Source: Octopus vulgaris
Lineage: Eukaryota
DNA: 64,000 nucleotides
NCBI GenBank assembly: GCA_951406725.2
Contig: OX597820.1
Span: forward strand, 72,788,001 to 72,852,000
Direction: 5' to 3'
Shown here: positions 25,403 to 39,500 of the stretch, piece after piece
Position numbering within the stretch: position 1 is the first letter of the stretch
Layout of the letters: the number at the start of each line of letters is the position of its first letter
The notes under the pieces: generated by a model
What the model was told of the DNA's origin: nothing
Databases searched by the model: none
Seen by the model: only the letters and a program-made list of their open reading frames with translations
Made by a program: the position numbers and the translations under genes

Positions 25403-25941
25403 AGAGAGCGAGCGAGTGTGTGTGTGTGTTCACGCGCGCGTCTGCTTACCTGTGTGCGCGCGTCGTGTGTGTATGAATCTATGTATATGTGTGAACGTGT
25501 TCATGCTTGTGTGTGCATGTGTGTACGCATACGCATGCATATGTATAGTGTGTGTATGTGTGCGTGTGTGTGTGAGAGACTTAGCGTGTATTAAAGTAAA
25601 AATGACTAAGTAGAAACGCTCGCATTTTAATTAATAAGGTCATTTGCACACGTTTGTATGTCATTTAGTGGTATATCAATAACAATACAATGAGGAATGT
25701 ATGTAGGGTTGTGGAAACTACTTTGGAAAACAATGGATTTCTTTCGTTAAAAGCCATCTGTTGAAGCTTAATTATATTATCATTGAACTAACATTAACTG
25801 TGTCTTTACTTCGTTGATTCTGTTTGTTTTGAAAGTATGGCTAATACGTCATGGTTTTGTCTGCTAACAATTGCTATAATGAATAAAATTGTTTATATTT
25901 ACTTGAAAAGCCGCTTTGCTAAATATTTAAATATATTTCAG

Positions 25942-26052
25942 AATTCCATTCATGTTTTAGCGAAGGCCGTGGGAAGATGGGAAGTAACTCTTGTTAAACT
26001 AACATTTGTTCAAAGAAGTTTCTGTTTCGCCGGATTAAAATTACAGATATAG
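25942..26052 (+). other. Candidate (probably non-coding) exon
   Basis: TTTCAG acceptor and AG|GTAATG donor around 111 nt of unique sequence; stops in all frames. Confidence 0.3.
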
Positions 26053-26956
26053 GTAATGTGAGCGGCTAGTAATACATGTTTAAGCATCTCTAAATAAATA
26101 AAATCTAAATCTAACAGGATTAACTGAAATTATTTCCTTGCATCAGAAGATTTACTTGTCGTCTGTCTATTTATTTATTTTACAAAAAGAATGTGAAGTT
26201 CCCTTCTTAACCATGTGGTTTTTTATCCAGCCCCTCTGTACAGCACCTTGGGCAGGTTTCTTCTGCAGTAGCCGAGGGCCAGCTAAAGATTTTTGAGAGG
26301 ATTTGGCTGACAAAATCTTAAAACCCTGTGGTATATATGCGTATGTGTATAAATATATACACATCCATATATATACATAACGGGCACTCCGTCGGTTGCG
26401 ACGACGAGGGTCCCAGTTTATCCGATCAACGGAACATCCTGCTTTGAAATTAACGTGCAGCTAGATGAGCACTTCACAGACAAGTGTACCCTTCACGTAG
26501 CTCTGAGGGAGATTCAGTGTGACAGAGTGTGACATGGCTGGCCCTTTAAAATACATGTACTAGTCATTTTTGCCATCTGAGTGAACTGGAGCAACGTGAA
26601 AATAAAGTATCTTATTCAAGGACACAACCTGTCGTCAGGAATTGAACTCACGACCTTACGATCGTGAACTGAGTATCATAACCACTAGGTCACTCACTTT
26701 CCCATACATACATACATACATACATACATACATACATACATACATACATACGTACGTACGTACATATACACGCACATACATACATACATATACACACACA
26801 TACGTGCATACATACATATACACACAATCGCATACATACATACATACATACGTACGTACGTACATATACACGCACATACATACATACATATACACACACA
26901 TACGTGCATACATACATATACACACAAACGCATACATACATACATACATACATACA

Positions 26957-26990
<34 letters not shown>

Positions 26991-27364
26991 CATACACACA
27001 CACACATACATGATGACTGCCACTTCTTTACCGAAGACGGCCATCTCTTCAATTACTAAATGCTGTCATGAGATCTTATATGACTACAAAGTGCTGCTCT
27101 TGACAAACAAATTCTATTGCAGATCTTACAAATATTTTAAAGCAGAATAGTGTCTGGGATTGTAGTTAAGTCCTGTCTACGAAGTGCTCATTTCAAGATA
27201 GATTGTTCAATTCATTGAGCTTCAAATGTTTTACATCTATTCTAGATCATTTGTTCCCAAACCGATTGATCTTGCGTCATCTGCTCCCAGTTTTCAACTT
27301 TCAGATTAAGAGCCTTAAGGTTGCTTTTGACAGCATACATTCATACATACATACATACATACAT

Positions 27365-27725
27365 ATTCAAATTCATATTCATAACAATAATAATTGGAGC
27401 ACTAGGTTTTGTTAGTAAATGCCTAAAGAAGAATCTGGATAAACTGGGATTCTCAGAAAGAGAAATCGACCGGCTGATTCGTACATTACAAGTGCAATCT
27501 GTGAGCGGAACAGTAAAGATATGCAAGACTCTTTTCAAATTCCAAATGTGAATTTGTTTGTGTTAACTACATCCCAAAGATGGAGCCTTGTATCTCAGTT
27601 GGAAACTGGCTCCTGCCTCAGAGGAAGATTCATAATAATTAAAAAATAGAAGATACATACATACATACATACATACAAACATACATACAGACATACATAC
27701 ATACATACATACATACATACATACA

Positions 27726-27756
<31 letters not shown>

Positions 27757-28030
27757 GAATTCATATTCATACCAATAATAATTGGAGCTCTAGGTTTTGT
27801 TAGTAAAAACCTAAAGGAGAATCTGGATAAACTGGGATTTTCAGAAAGAGAAATTGACTGACTGATTCGTACATTACAAGTGCAATCTGTGAATGGTAAA
27901 ATAAAAAAATGCAAGACTTTTCTTAAGTTTCAAATGTGAATTTGTGTGTGTTAACTACATCCCAAAGATGGAGCCTTGTATATTTGTTGGAAACCGGCTT
28001 CCACCTCAGTGGAAGATTCATAATAACTGC
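27365..28030 (+). mobile_element. Two tandem 3' fragments of an RLE-type (R4-like) non-LTR retrotransposon in (CATA)n
   Basis: IIIGALGFVSKCLKKNLDKLG..LQVQSVSGTVKICKTLF* plus 3' UTR at 27365-27640, repeated at 27755-28030; (CATA)n before and between. Confidence 0.7.
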
Positions 28031-28648
28031 AAAAGTAGAAGAGACATACTTACATGTATACCATCATCATCAACATCATCATCATCATCAACATCATCAA
28101 CAACACTGCTTTCTATGCAGGCATGGGTTGGATAGTTTGACCATATCAGGCCAGGTGAAGAGATGTCCAGGCTCCATGTCTGTTCTAACATGGTTTCTAT
28201 GGCTCGATGCCCTTCCTAATGCCAACCACTTTACAGAATGTATTGGGTGCTCTTATGCAGTGCTGGCATGGGTGCATTTACATGGCACCAGTACAGATGC
28301 CTTTTACGTGACACCAGCACCCATGAGCCTGCACGATTAGGAGTACTCGGCTAAAAAAGGGGTCATGCCAGTATACAAAGACAACCCAGCTTTTACTTAG
28401 CTTGACATGTCTTCTCAAGCACAGCAAACTGCCAGGAGGTTCAGTCCCCTGTCACAGGTGTGGTCCCAGGAATTTTCTAAAGGGAGGGTGCAAGGTCAGA
28501 AGGGAATACAATTCTAGGAGAAAAGGGCATAATAACATTATCCATACACTTCTATTCTTGAGTGAGGCACATACCTCTCAGGTCCACCTCTTTAGGCCCA
28601 CCCCTGTGTCCTCTGTGAGGTCCAATGTCTGAAGATCCTTTCTCACCA

Positions 28649-28687
<39 letters not shown>

Positions 28688-29312
28688 ATCTTTTATCTTT
28701 TACTTGTTTCAGTCACTAGACTGTGGCCATGCTGGGGCACCTCTTCGAACTTTTAGTTGAATGAATGAATCAACCCCAATACTTCTTTTGCAAGCCTGTA
28801 CTTATTCTATCAGTCTCTTCTTCAGCTGCTCCTGCTTTGACTACTCCGTGTTCCGAAGGTAAGGGCAAGACACGACTTCATTGAAACAGTCCTTCCCAGC
28901 AAAGCAAATTAAATAAAATTTGGGATTTTTTGCGGAGGGTTAAAAGTGGTGACAAGAACAGGACAGTAAAAACAAAACAAGACAGTAAAAGCAATACAAA
29001 TAAAAACAGTAAAAGACAGGACAAGGAGAATAACACAGTAAAAACAAACGATGGGAATGTTCCTTGTGTTGTATGTCTTGTACTCTGTTTTTTTTTGTTG
29101 TTTGAAATAGTCCGTTCCATGTTTTTGTTTTTATGTTTTCGTTTCTCGTTGTGTTCTATGTTTTTTTTGGTGTCCTGTACCCATATATGCATGTATATAT
29201 ACATATATATGTAGGTATGTACATATATGTATGTATGTATGCATATGTTTTATTTATTAATTTGTTATTATATGATCAAACGCCACGCATCCACTTCAAA
29301 GTAAGTTTTTTT

Positions 29313-29376
<64 letters not shown>

Positions 29377-29398
29377 TAGATAGATAGATAGATAGATT

Positions 29399-29494
<96 letters not shown>

Positions 29495-30364
29495 TAAAAT
29501 TTTACAGAGTTAATTCTATTTCAATTTTAAGCGAATTAATGTCAAACTGGTGATATATTATCAGATATAGTCAGACAAAATATTTATTCAGTTCTTTAGG
29601 CAAGAGGAAAACACGAAATAAGTTAGTGCTACAAAGTTCAGATTAGGTTTAGGTTTTTGGTGCTATGGTTTTTGAAGTTGACACACATACAGATAGTGAC
29701 AGTTCAGCACTTCGTTGCCTGCAGTATAAACAATAGACAGAATGGGAGTGCAAAAATATCTTAGTTCTTAGATCCTCCAGTGCCTTCTCCAAACACCATG
29801 GTTGCTCACCTTCCTCTTGGCTCCACTCAGGCTAACTCCCAACACTTATCATGTCATCCCAGAACATACTGTGCCATTTCATCCATTTTCTTTGGTTTTC
29901 TGCTTGATGTCCCTTCTATTTCCTGGCCTTCACTCTTTTACGAGGTTAGCATCTCTTTCCAGTGATGCACTTGATCAGTAAACCATGCATACATACATAC
30001 ATACATACATACATACATACATACATACATACATACATGCATAAGGATTATAATTTTTTATGACTTAACAGAGTTGTCGCTGTTTAGTTACGTATTTAGG
30101 AGTTGGTTGTAATTTACTTATGGAATTTATTCATCGATACGTTTGTACATTGGGTAAATGTGTTTGAAAGTTGTGGTTTCTTTGGTTTGTTTGTTCCCAA
30201 ACAACACTTATCTTAGTGCTGTTGGCACCACCGGATTGAATGGTGCCGCCCAGGTGTCGAAACCATAATGATACCCATGGGGCAGCTGATGATGGAGGCA
30301 TGTTGGATTGTTGGTATGGCTGTGAAATATTGTTATAACACATCCTTTTGATGTCTATCTATCA

Positions 30365-30438
<74 letters not shown>

Positions 30439-32757
30439 ATATATATATATATGTGCATACACATGCCATGCATAATTATATTTGTGTGTGTGTGTATGGG
30501 TGCACATGTGCGTGTGTGCACACACTTTTGTCATCGCATTTGGTGATGGTTGCAAACAAGTGCGAACACCATAAAAACCATGTTTTTTTTATATTTCTAG
30601 TCTTCAAGGCTAATCATAACTTGGCCATATGGAAATATTACCTTACTTGGAAACAGCTGAAGGCTAGGCTGGGTAACAAGAAGAGTATCTGGCTGTTAAA
30701 AGTCTGCCTGAACAAGTTACATCTGACTCATACAGCCATGGAAAAGGGGACATTAAGCAATGGTCATGATGAAGAAGAGGAGGAGACAAAGGAGGCACAT
30801 AAAGTGTTGAAAGAAAAATGTGATATTAAAAATGACTCAACATTTTACCAGTCATAATCACCAGATGGAGCTACTATAGATCAGCTCATCTGCATGAAAT
30901 AGCAGACAAATTTCCTCAAATCACATCCTGTCATTTTAAAATGAGAAGAGCACATTAAATCAGTGGTTTGAATAAATTTTAAGATTTAGGAAAAATAAAG
31001 AAAACAATTGCAACACCTTGAGTAAATGTTCTCTATTGTAGCCTTGGGTCAACCAATGTCTTGTGAGTGAATTTGGTAGATGGAAACTGTTTGGAATCCC
31101 ATCATATACATTTCTTTATTGCCCACAGGGTATTAAACATAGAGGGGACAAACAAGGACAGACAAAGGGATTAAGTCATTTTACATCGACCCCAGTGTGT
31201 AACTGGTATTTATTTAATCGATCCCGAAAGGATGAAAGGCAAAGTTGACCTCAGGGGAATTTGAACTCAGAACATAGAGGAAATACCACTAAGCACTTCA
31301 CCCAGCTTGCCGCCTTGTATCATATATGAATCCCATCATATGTGTGTGTGTGTGTGTGTGTGCATGTGTGTGTGTGTGTGCATGTGTGTGTGTGTGTGCA
31401 TGTGTGTGTGTGTGTGCATGTGTGTGTGTGTCTTTGTGTTTGTGTTTGTCCCTTACTACTTGATAGCCAGTATTGGTTTGTTTATGTTCCTGTAATTTAG
31501 CAGTCTGGCAAAAGAGGCTGATAGAATATGTATAGAATCACAATAGAATATATATAGTAAGAATAGATAAAATATGAATAGAATAAATCCAAAGACAGAA
31601 GCTCGACTTTGCCTTTCATCCTCTCAGGGTTGATAAATTAAGCACTTGTGAAACAGCGGGGTGGGGCAGGGGTCGGTGTAATCAACTAGTCCCTTCCTCC
31701 CAAATTTCAGGCCTTGTGCCCATAGTAGAAAGGATTATAGTAATTGTTATTCTTATTATTAGCAGTTGTAGTAGTGTTATTGTTAGCCAGCTGGCAGAAT
31801 CGTTAACACACCAGGTAAAATGCTTGATGGCATTTTGTCTGTTCTTACATTCTGAGTTCAAATTCTGCCTGACTCATATGGTCCACCTCTTCTCAGAGGA
31901 AAAATTGGGTTTGCATTGGGTCAACTTAGGAAAAAGCACAATTACTGAAGTATTGATAACAATTCAAATTCAACAAGACCTGTGAGAGGAAGGCCTTTCC
32001 TCGGAAACATCCGACACAATGTAGCAAAATCCAAAAGGAAGCTGCAGGGGTTCCAACAGGAGAGAAGCAGAAAGAACAGCCCAGAGTTAAAAACAGTGGA
32101 GAAAAGTTGCCAATGAGAAACTAAAGGTTTAAATAAAAGAAAAACTAAGTAAGCCATGACTGGGCAGATATACGGAGAATTCACAAAAAAAAAAAGGCAA
32201 ATGATGAAGACAGTTTGTGTAGACAACAAACAGATGTATTAGTTTAACACTTGGGAAGTGAAAAAGTCTTTAACATTTCAAGCCAATGCTCTTCCACAGG
32301 AAAGAACACAGAAAGAAACACAGAGAAAATAAAGAATGTGTAGTAGCTAGCGATCTATCATGGCGGATAATTCAGGAAGGCAGGGTCGCTACTCTCTGAG
32401 ACCCCTTTCAGAGTTCCCCTACCTAACAGTTCTACCAAATTCCTGGTCACAGTCCAAACACCAAAAGAAGCAAAAACGGATGAAATAAATAAACAGAAAA
32501 ATAAGTGAAATGCTTTGATAGTAAATTGAGAAGTGAAGAGTTGAAATCTCATTTGAGACGCATCTTGACAAACACTTATATATATCGTTTTAAAAGCTGC
32601 AAAATATCTTTCAGAGGCGTAGAATCTTTGCTTCCTTTGTATTATTTTTGTTGTTTTTTTTTCTGTTAATAGCATAAAGGAAATAAGAAAGAAACCTGCT
32701 ACATGTGTGTGCATGTATGTACATATATACATTTATGTATGCATGTATGGGTATATA

Positions 32758-32792
<35 letters not shown>

Positions 32793-32970
32793 GATATATA
32801 TATATATACATATATATATTTCGTTTTGGGATTTAGTTTGCGAGATTCTTTATGTGACTTCGTGTGTTGAAGCATATTCTGTTTTTTCTGGGGAGAGTCA
32901 TTCTCTTTTGGTGCCTTATAATTTAACACACTCACTGGTAAAATTTCCATTTATTTTATTTTTTATTTTT

Positions 32971-33007
32971 CTAAAATTTTCGTTGCATCTTGCAACCTTT
33001 CCAATAG
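32971..33007 (-). ncRNA. Minimal hammerhead motif, U3-A8 family (this copy also A6G); host repeat ~32815-33010
   Basis: CTA-TTGGAAA-G-GTTGC(AAGAT)GCAAC-GAAA-AT-TT-TAG; paralogue at 45694-45730. Confidence 0.5.
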
Positions 33008-33444
33008 TTTTGATTCTGTCCGTTACTCACACACAGTCAGGGTCAGGGAATAGGAATCACTTGCTAATGGTAAATGCTGTATTCTTGGATAGTCTTTTGT
33101 TAGCTTACTTCTCATCTGATGATTACGGTCTTTTAAAATGATGTAACGTTCTCATTCTTCTTTTAAAAAGTTACATAAGGAACTGCTGTAATGAAATGAC
33201 AATTATCCACCATATGCTATTATTCATTTGATTTTATATATATATGTATGTATGTATATGTATATATATGTGTGTGTGTGTATATATATGTAACTGCCCA
33301 AAATGGTCGTGACTTCTGGAATTTGACTGAGGAAAGACAGCCATGAATAACCTGTCCTTCTAATTGTTGTTTCTCTTGTCCACCTTCGTATCGTCTATCT
33401 GTCCGAATGTTTTAATGTCCTCTATTGCGTTTTTGTTCCATATG

Positions 33445-33494
<50 letters not shown>

Positions 33495-33625
33495 TAATAT
33501 TAGGGAATATTATTTCACAATATATAATATTATGAATTAGAGAATACATTGTATATTTAATTTTTTCTATATGGTATAATTTAATTATATCATTGTTCTT
33601 TCATTGTTGAATTCTCTCTCTAATT

Positions 33626-33676
<51 letters not shown>

Positions 33677-33739
33677 GTGTGTGTGTATATATATGTATTT
33701 ATATATATGGATGCGTGCGTGTGTGTGTGTGTGCGTGTA

Positions 33740-33970
33740 CACTAGTCGAGACATTATGTGATGCTTGTAAATGATTACCATTGTTATGCAAGTGATATTG
33801 TTCTTTTGTAGTCTTCCATGAAGAAAACATGTCTAGCCATGGGGAAATATGACTTTGCTTGAAAATAGGTGAGGGCTGGTGGCAGGGAAAACATCCAGCC
33901 ATAGAAAATCTGCTTCAAAACATTCCATCTGACCCATGCAGGCATGGAAAAATAGAGGTTAAATAATGGT
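33740..33970 (+). mobile_element. Retroposon family E with (GAT)n-type tail; related copies ~30530-30775, 39570-39885, 44170-44285, 46800-46925, 28080-28320(-)
   Basis: Shared CATCCAGCC.TAGAAAATCTG..ACCCATGC.AGCATGGAAAA.TGGAC.TTAAA. Confidence 0.6.
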
Positions 33971-34104
33971 GGTGGTGGTAGTTGTGAGGAGGAGGAGGAG
34001 GAGGAGGAAGAGGGGTAACAGCAGCAGCAGCAGCAGCAGCAGGATCATGGCAGAATTTAAACTTGGGAAATAAGATTAAACTTGATACTGTAATATCTCA
34101 ACTC

Positions 34105-34627
34105 CCCCTCCTCCTCCTCCTCCTTCTTCTTTTTCTTCTTCTTCTTCTTCTTCTTCTTCTTCTTCTTCTTCTTCTTCTTCTTCTTCTTCTTCTTCTTCTT
34201 CTTCTTCTTCTTCTTCGTCTTCTTCTTCTTCTTCTTCTTCTTCTTCTTCTTCTTCTTCTTCTTCTTCTTCTTCTTCTTCTTCTTCTTCTTCTTCTTCTTC
34301 TCTTTCCTCCTTGTTCTCCTTTTTCTTCTTCTTTATTTCCTTTTCATGTCATACTGCACACTAGTTGCATGCTTGAATGATTCCTGTATTATACAAGTTG
34401 GTATTTTTTTTTGTTTTTTTTTTGTCCATGAGAAACAGATGCTTGCTAAAACCTTACTCAACCGTTTTTACTTTGGGGACAAAAGGACACTATCACTAGA
34501 CCTCTGTAACCCTTCTCACAAGGCAACCATTTCCAAGACGAAGAAGAAAAAGGAGGCGAAGAAGAAGAAGAAGAAGAAGAAGAAGAAGAAGAAGAAGAAG
34601 AAGAAGAAGAAGAAGAAGAAGAAGAAG
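34105..34627. repeat. (CTT)n tract 34120-34300 and opposing (GAA)n tract 34540-34627
   Basis: Direct reading. Confidence 0.95.
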
Positions 34628-34855
34628 AGACTGTTCCAGTATTTCACTGGTGTTATATTTATTGACCCTGGATGAATGAAAAGCCAAGTTGACTTTTGTG
34701 GTGTTTGAACATGCAGTACAGAGAGTTGTGTAGCAAACACTGCACAGCACTTTAAGCAACTCTCTATTGATCCTGTTTCTACTAATTTGCCACATTGATC
34801 TACTGACGATTTCATAATAATAAAGTTAATCTAGTCTTTCTTTCTTGTGTGTGTG

Positions 34856-34898
<43 letters not shown>

Positions 34899-35033
34899 AA
34901 TTTGTTTTCATAATATCTGGGGCGTATCATATAAATTTTTTTTTTTTTTTTTGGCAACAAGTGAGAAACTTAATATTGTAATGTCTGGGCCATAATCATA
35001 TAATAAATTTAAACTAATACTTTTTTTTATTAG

Positions 35034-35134
35034 ATTTGTCAGAAGGAAGGAGTTGCACCCGTTGCCCTCACAAGCCCTCTTTAAGCAATGTTCATTTAAT
35101 GCTCCTCTTTCAACATTTGCTATTTGGTTTCTGG
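35034..35134 (+). other. Candidate exon
   Basis: Branch-like CTAAT, polyT and TTAG acceptor; GG|GTGAGT donor; two frames open. Confidence 0.45.
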
Positions 35135-35534
35135 GTGAGTATGTTTACGGGTCAGGCCATCTCCTGGTTTGGTAGACAAAAGTGTTTTCTCAGAGTATGG
35201 TGAGGGAGACACAGAGAAAATCTACACTGACGCCTGAGACTCACACTAGCAAACAGCCATCTTCTTCCTAAATGTCATCATTGTTAGTTAATTCCTGGTC
35301 AGTCCTGATTGAGCAAACCTATGATTGAAGGCATTCCAACTGTGACCATATCACATTAATCAATGTATCTGACCTTCTACTTTTAAATAGATATCTTTTA
35401 ATTTTAATTTTAATCTTTTGTTTTCAATAAATGTTGCTACTCTCTCCATCAGAGCAGGCTTCTTCATTGGCTCAAAGGAGTAATGGTGGTCAGTTTAGGC
35501 AAAAGTCAGTTCATCAAAATTTCTAGAACAGATT

Positions 35535-35920
35535 ATGTTGGGGCATTAGGAGAAAAGGTACTCTGAGTTGGGGTACAATAGAAGAGATACTATGTGTTTG
35601 AGTACCATAAGAGGAGATATTGTGAGTTGGGAAGTATGTGAATTGGTACTGAATTGGAGCACTATGAGAAGACATACTCTGAGTTAAGGTACTATGATCT
35701 GGGGTACTATGGGAAGAGGTACCATTAGCCGGGTTACTTTGAGAAGAGGCACCATGTGTTGGGGTACTATGAGCCAATGAAAAAGCCTGTTTTGATGGAG
35801 GTAGTAGCATCTATGATAAAATGTACAATGAGAAGAGATACTATAAGTTGGGGTGCAATGAGAAAGACTCTAAGAGTTAGGGTTCTATGAGAAAAGGTAC
35901 TATGAGTTGGGGTACTACAA
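35535..35920. repeat. Degenerate ~30-bp minisatellite (GGGGTACTATGAGAAGAGGTACTATGAGTT-like, 15-bp sub-period)
   Basis: Recurring GGTACTATG(A/G) about every 15 bp. Confidence 0.75.
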
Positions 35921-35963
35921 GAATTGTGTTTCAAATGAGACTCTCCTTATGTTTTCTTTTCAG

Positions 35964-36205
35964 AGAATGATATACGATATATGTATAAGTTTACGTCAAA
36001 ATTTCACTTCAACAAGTATCCAGCATGTTTATGCTGGTTGGCAGCTGTGCTGCTATTTCATTGCTTATTTTATGCAATTAAAGTCAGTGCTGCATCCCTG
36101 CCACTCTCATCATATTCCTATCGGCGGCAGTGTCCCACAGAGAGGGGCTGTCTACTGCTGGCTAAACAAATAATTCAAATTCATGGAATAACTGCAAGTG
36201 TTTAA
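35964..36205 (+). other. Candidate exon carrying a small ORF (35981-36205) with a signal-peptide-like segment
   Basis: TTTTCTTTTCAG acceptor; MYKFTSKFHFNKYPACLCWLAAVLLFHCLFYAIKVSA-ASLP..; no family recognised. Confidence 0.3.
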
Positions 36206-36524
36206 TGACAAATTTGACTTGACTGTTATTGCTTGTAAAACATTAGCGATAAACATATATAATTAATTATAAACTAATTACCATCATATCGTTTAATAAA
36301 TCATAATCTGTTTATTCATACACAAGTACGCTCATGTGAAAGTGTGTGTGCATGTGTTTTGAGAGATAAAAGGGTCAGTGAGAGAGAGAGAGAGAGAGAG
36401 GAGAGAGAAAGAGAGAGGGAGAGAGAGAGAGAGAAAGAAATAGAGAGACAGTGAGATAGCTTGCTAGATAAGTGGATGGATGGCTAGATAGTAGATGGAC
36501 AGACAAAGAGACAGACAGACAGAC

Positions 36525-36647
<123 letters not shown>

Positions 36648-38417
36648 CACAGATAGACAGATAGATAGATATGGATAGATAGTTGAGCCAGTGTTTTCTG
36701 TCAAACCAAAAATGAGTTTCTAAAGTAGTCACAAATCAAAGAGTCAGATTCAGGAAGCCTATACATATTAGCTCAACCTGCTGGAAATACCAGCCAAATC
36801 CCCTTCAAATTATACACTATTGTCTTTAAAAGTCAAAGTCACCCTGGACAATGTAGTTCTTGATGTGCAAATAAGACAGGACAGTTGTCATTGGAATGTT
36901 TTTGACCATAGATCTACACAGGCTGAATCTAACGGACAACAACATCAACAATACCAGCATCATCATTATCATCATCATCATCAACCTGATACAACCAGCC
37001 ACCACTCATGAGCACATATGATTTGGTAGCAGATACTTTGTTTTTGATGATTGTTTTAGGAGGCCCTGTCTGGCATGGGCTGCACAGTTTGAGAGAAGCT
37101 CAACAGCTGAAGGGCTCTTCAGGCTCCATGTCTGTTTTGGCGTGGTTCCTACAGCTGGATGCCTTTCCTAATGCCAGTACCAGTTCAAAATATTTTGGTA
37201 ATTATTCTGTGATAAAAGATGTGAAAGATATGGTTTCAGGAAATTTGTTTTTATCCAAAATGGCATGACGGTATTTTTTGATAAAAATTACTTTATGGTA
37301 ATAAATGCTAACTATTTTTGTTTTTTTATTTTATTCTCTTACTTGTCTCAGTCATTTTGACTGAGGCCATGCTGGAGCACCGCCTTTAGTAGAACAAATT
37401 GACTCCAGAACTTATTCTTTGTAAGCCTAGTACTTATTCTATTGGTCTTTCTTGTTGAACAGCTAAGTTACGGGGGACGTAAACACACCAACATCAGTTG
37501 TCAAGCGATGTTGGGCAGACAAACACAGACACACAAACACACACACACATATAATAAGGGTAGAAAATTTAGAAAAATTTTCATACCGGTGGCTAACATG
37601 CATAATAAAGTCAATAGACAACATATTTTCATATATAATAGTGTACAAATAAGTATTTATACATGTAAGAGGTGATCTGGGTTTTAACTGCCCTTTCTAG
37701 CATGATAACGATGACGATAATGACAAGGAGGAGGCGGAGGATGGTGGGGTGAGTGGGTGGGTATAGAGGAGTGGCGGAGGTGGTGCTGATGCCGCTGGTG
37801 CTGATGCCGCTGGTGCTGACGATGATGACAACGATGATGATGATAATGAGGATGAGGAGAAGAATGGTGGTGGTGGTGGTGGTGGTCATGGTGGTGATGA
37901 TGATGCCAACGATGCCAGTGATGACGATAATGACAAGGAGGAGCAACAGCGGCACCAGCAGCAATAGTGGAAGTAGGATGATGGGTGGGGTGGAGCCTTG
38001 ATGCCAATGTACTTTGGAACTACTGATTCAATTACAAAAAGCATTCAGTCAAAAATGCTCATTCCTAAATTCTACGTAAAAAAGAAAAAAAATATTTTGC
38101 TGTGATTAAAACAACAATTTAATATAATTAGTTATTTCACTAAATTCCATTCAAATTCTTGATTGTTTTCATTGGTAGAATTGTCAGAGCATTAAAAGAA
38201 ATGGTTGGCAGGATTTCTTCCAACTCTTTACCTTCTTTGTTCAAATCCCACTTAGGTCAACTTGACCGATCATCCTTTTGAGGTCAATAAAGTACTAGCC
38301 AAATACTGGGCTTACTGTAATTGACTTACCTCATCGTCCCCCCCAAAAAAAAAACTGCTAGCCTTGTGCCAAAATTTGAAATCATAATTATTGTTATTAT
38401 TATCATTATTGTTGTTG

Positions 38418-38473
<56 letters not shown>

Positions 38474-38982
38474 GAGTGAGAGAGCAGTGCATGCCATCAA
38501 AGTGACACTGGGGTAAAATATATGAAGCCCAGTATACCCATCATGACTACCCGTCTGATAAGGGTACACCAGGCACATGCATCACAACTGTATGTGCGCG
38601 ACATGGTGATCTCATATCAAGATAAACAGCACACGACCTTGCAGGTGGGGCCCAGTTAGAATAAGGGTTGTTTAAGGATGTTGAACGAAACACCCATGTT
38701 TCCATAGGTGAATTATTCAAACCCCAAAGAATCCCTCTCAACACATGGCTATGATGCTCCCCCACTACTTCTGCTCATGATCAGAGATGCACATTTCGTC
38801 AGCCACTAAGGGACTTGGTCAACTGGCTAAGGTCAAACAACTGACAAGCAAATCTGTGGTATTAAGCAGAATATTTGCTGTAGCCCATCTTTTATACCAA
38901 GACAAAACAATGTACATGATAACACTTCCAATCAGTTAAGATGAGAAGCCATGAGAGCCATTGCCTGGTATTGCATCAGGGC
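38474..38982. mobile_element. Family C element in (ATT)n
   Basis: Reverse complement of 8130-8684 with a ~45-bp internal deletion. Confidence 0.85.
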
Positions 38983-39039
38983 ATTTTATTATTATTATTA
39001 TTATTATTATTATCATTATTATTATTACTATTATTGTTA

Positions 39040-39500
39040 GGCTCGCACAGTATACAATATTGTGAGGTTGTTGATTGAAGATATTGTGTCTACCCAGGGT
39101 TTGTACTGTTTGTCAAATCACAACAAGGACCTCAGACAGACAGTACTTTATGCAATATGCGTGCAGTTCCAAGTAATGTCAACTTTTGCAATACATCTAA
39201 ATTGTAGGGTATTTCTAAGATTTTCAGAAGTTTTTTCAGAGTGGGTGGTATTGAACCCAATGCTCCAGTGACAATAGGAGTGACCTTTATGTCTGACTCT
39301 TGCAGCTGTCACAGCTTGGCAATCTCAATTCTCAGGTCTCCATATCTATCAATCTTTTCTCTTTCTTTCATGTTGATCTCCTGGCACTGCTACGTTGCTT
39401 GTTGGTCACTCTTGTTTGTCCCTCCTAAAGGTTATTATATCTGGCCTTCGGTGCTCTAACATCTTGTCTGTGTGGAAATCTAAGTCCCAGACCTGCTGTT
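39040..39500 (-). mobile_element. R4/Dong-like non-LTR retrotransposon 3' fragment
   Basis: DFHTDKMLEHRRPDII (RLE PD motif), EKIDRYGDLRIEIAKL, PIVTGALGSIP; ends in (TAA)n. Confidence 0.75.

Noticed and set aside
34063-34815. Poly-Leu, poly-Lys and poly-Phe ORFs
   Set aside because: Products of (CTT)n/(GAA)n tracts
35535-35920. CRISPR-like array or mucin-like ORF
   Set aside because: Degenerate tandem minisatellite without unique spacers; eukaryotic context with no cas genes
36215-36250. TTATTGCTTG resembling the miR-137 5' end
   Set aside because: The match ends after 10 nt and there is no precursor hairpin
37629-38007. His-rich and Val/Met-rich ORFs
   Set aside because: Degenerate (GAT)/(GGT) trinucleotide repeats; no splice or homology support
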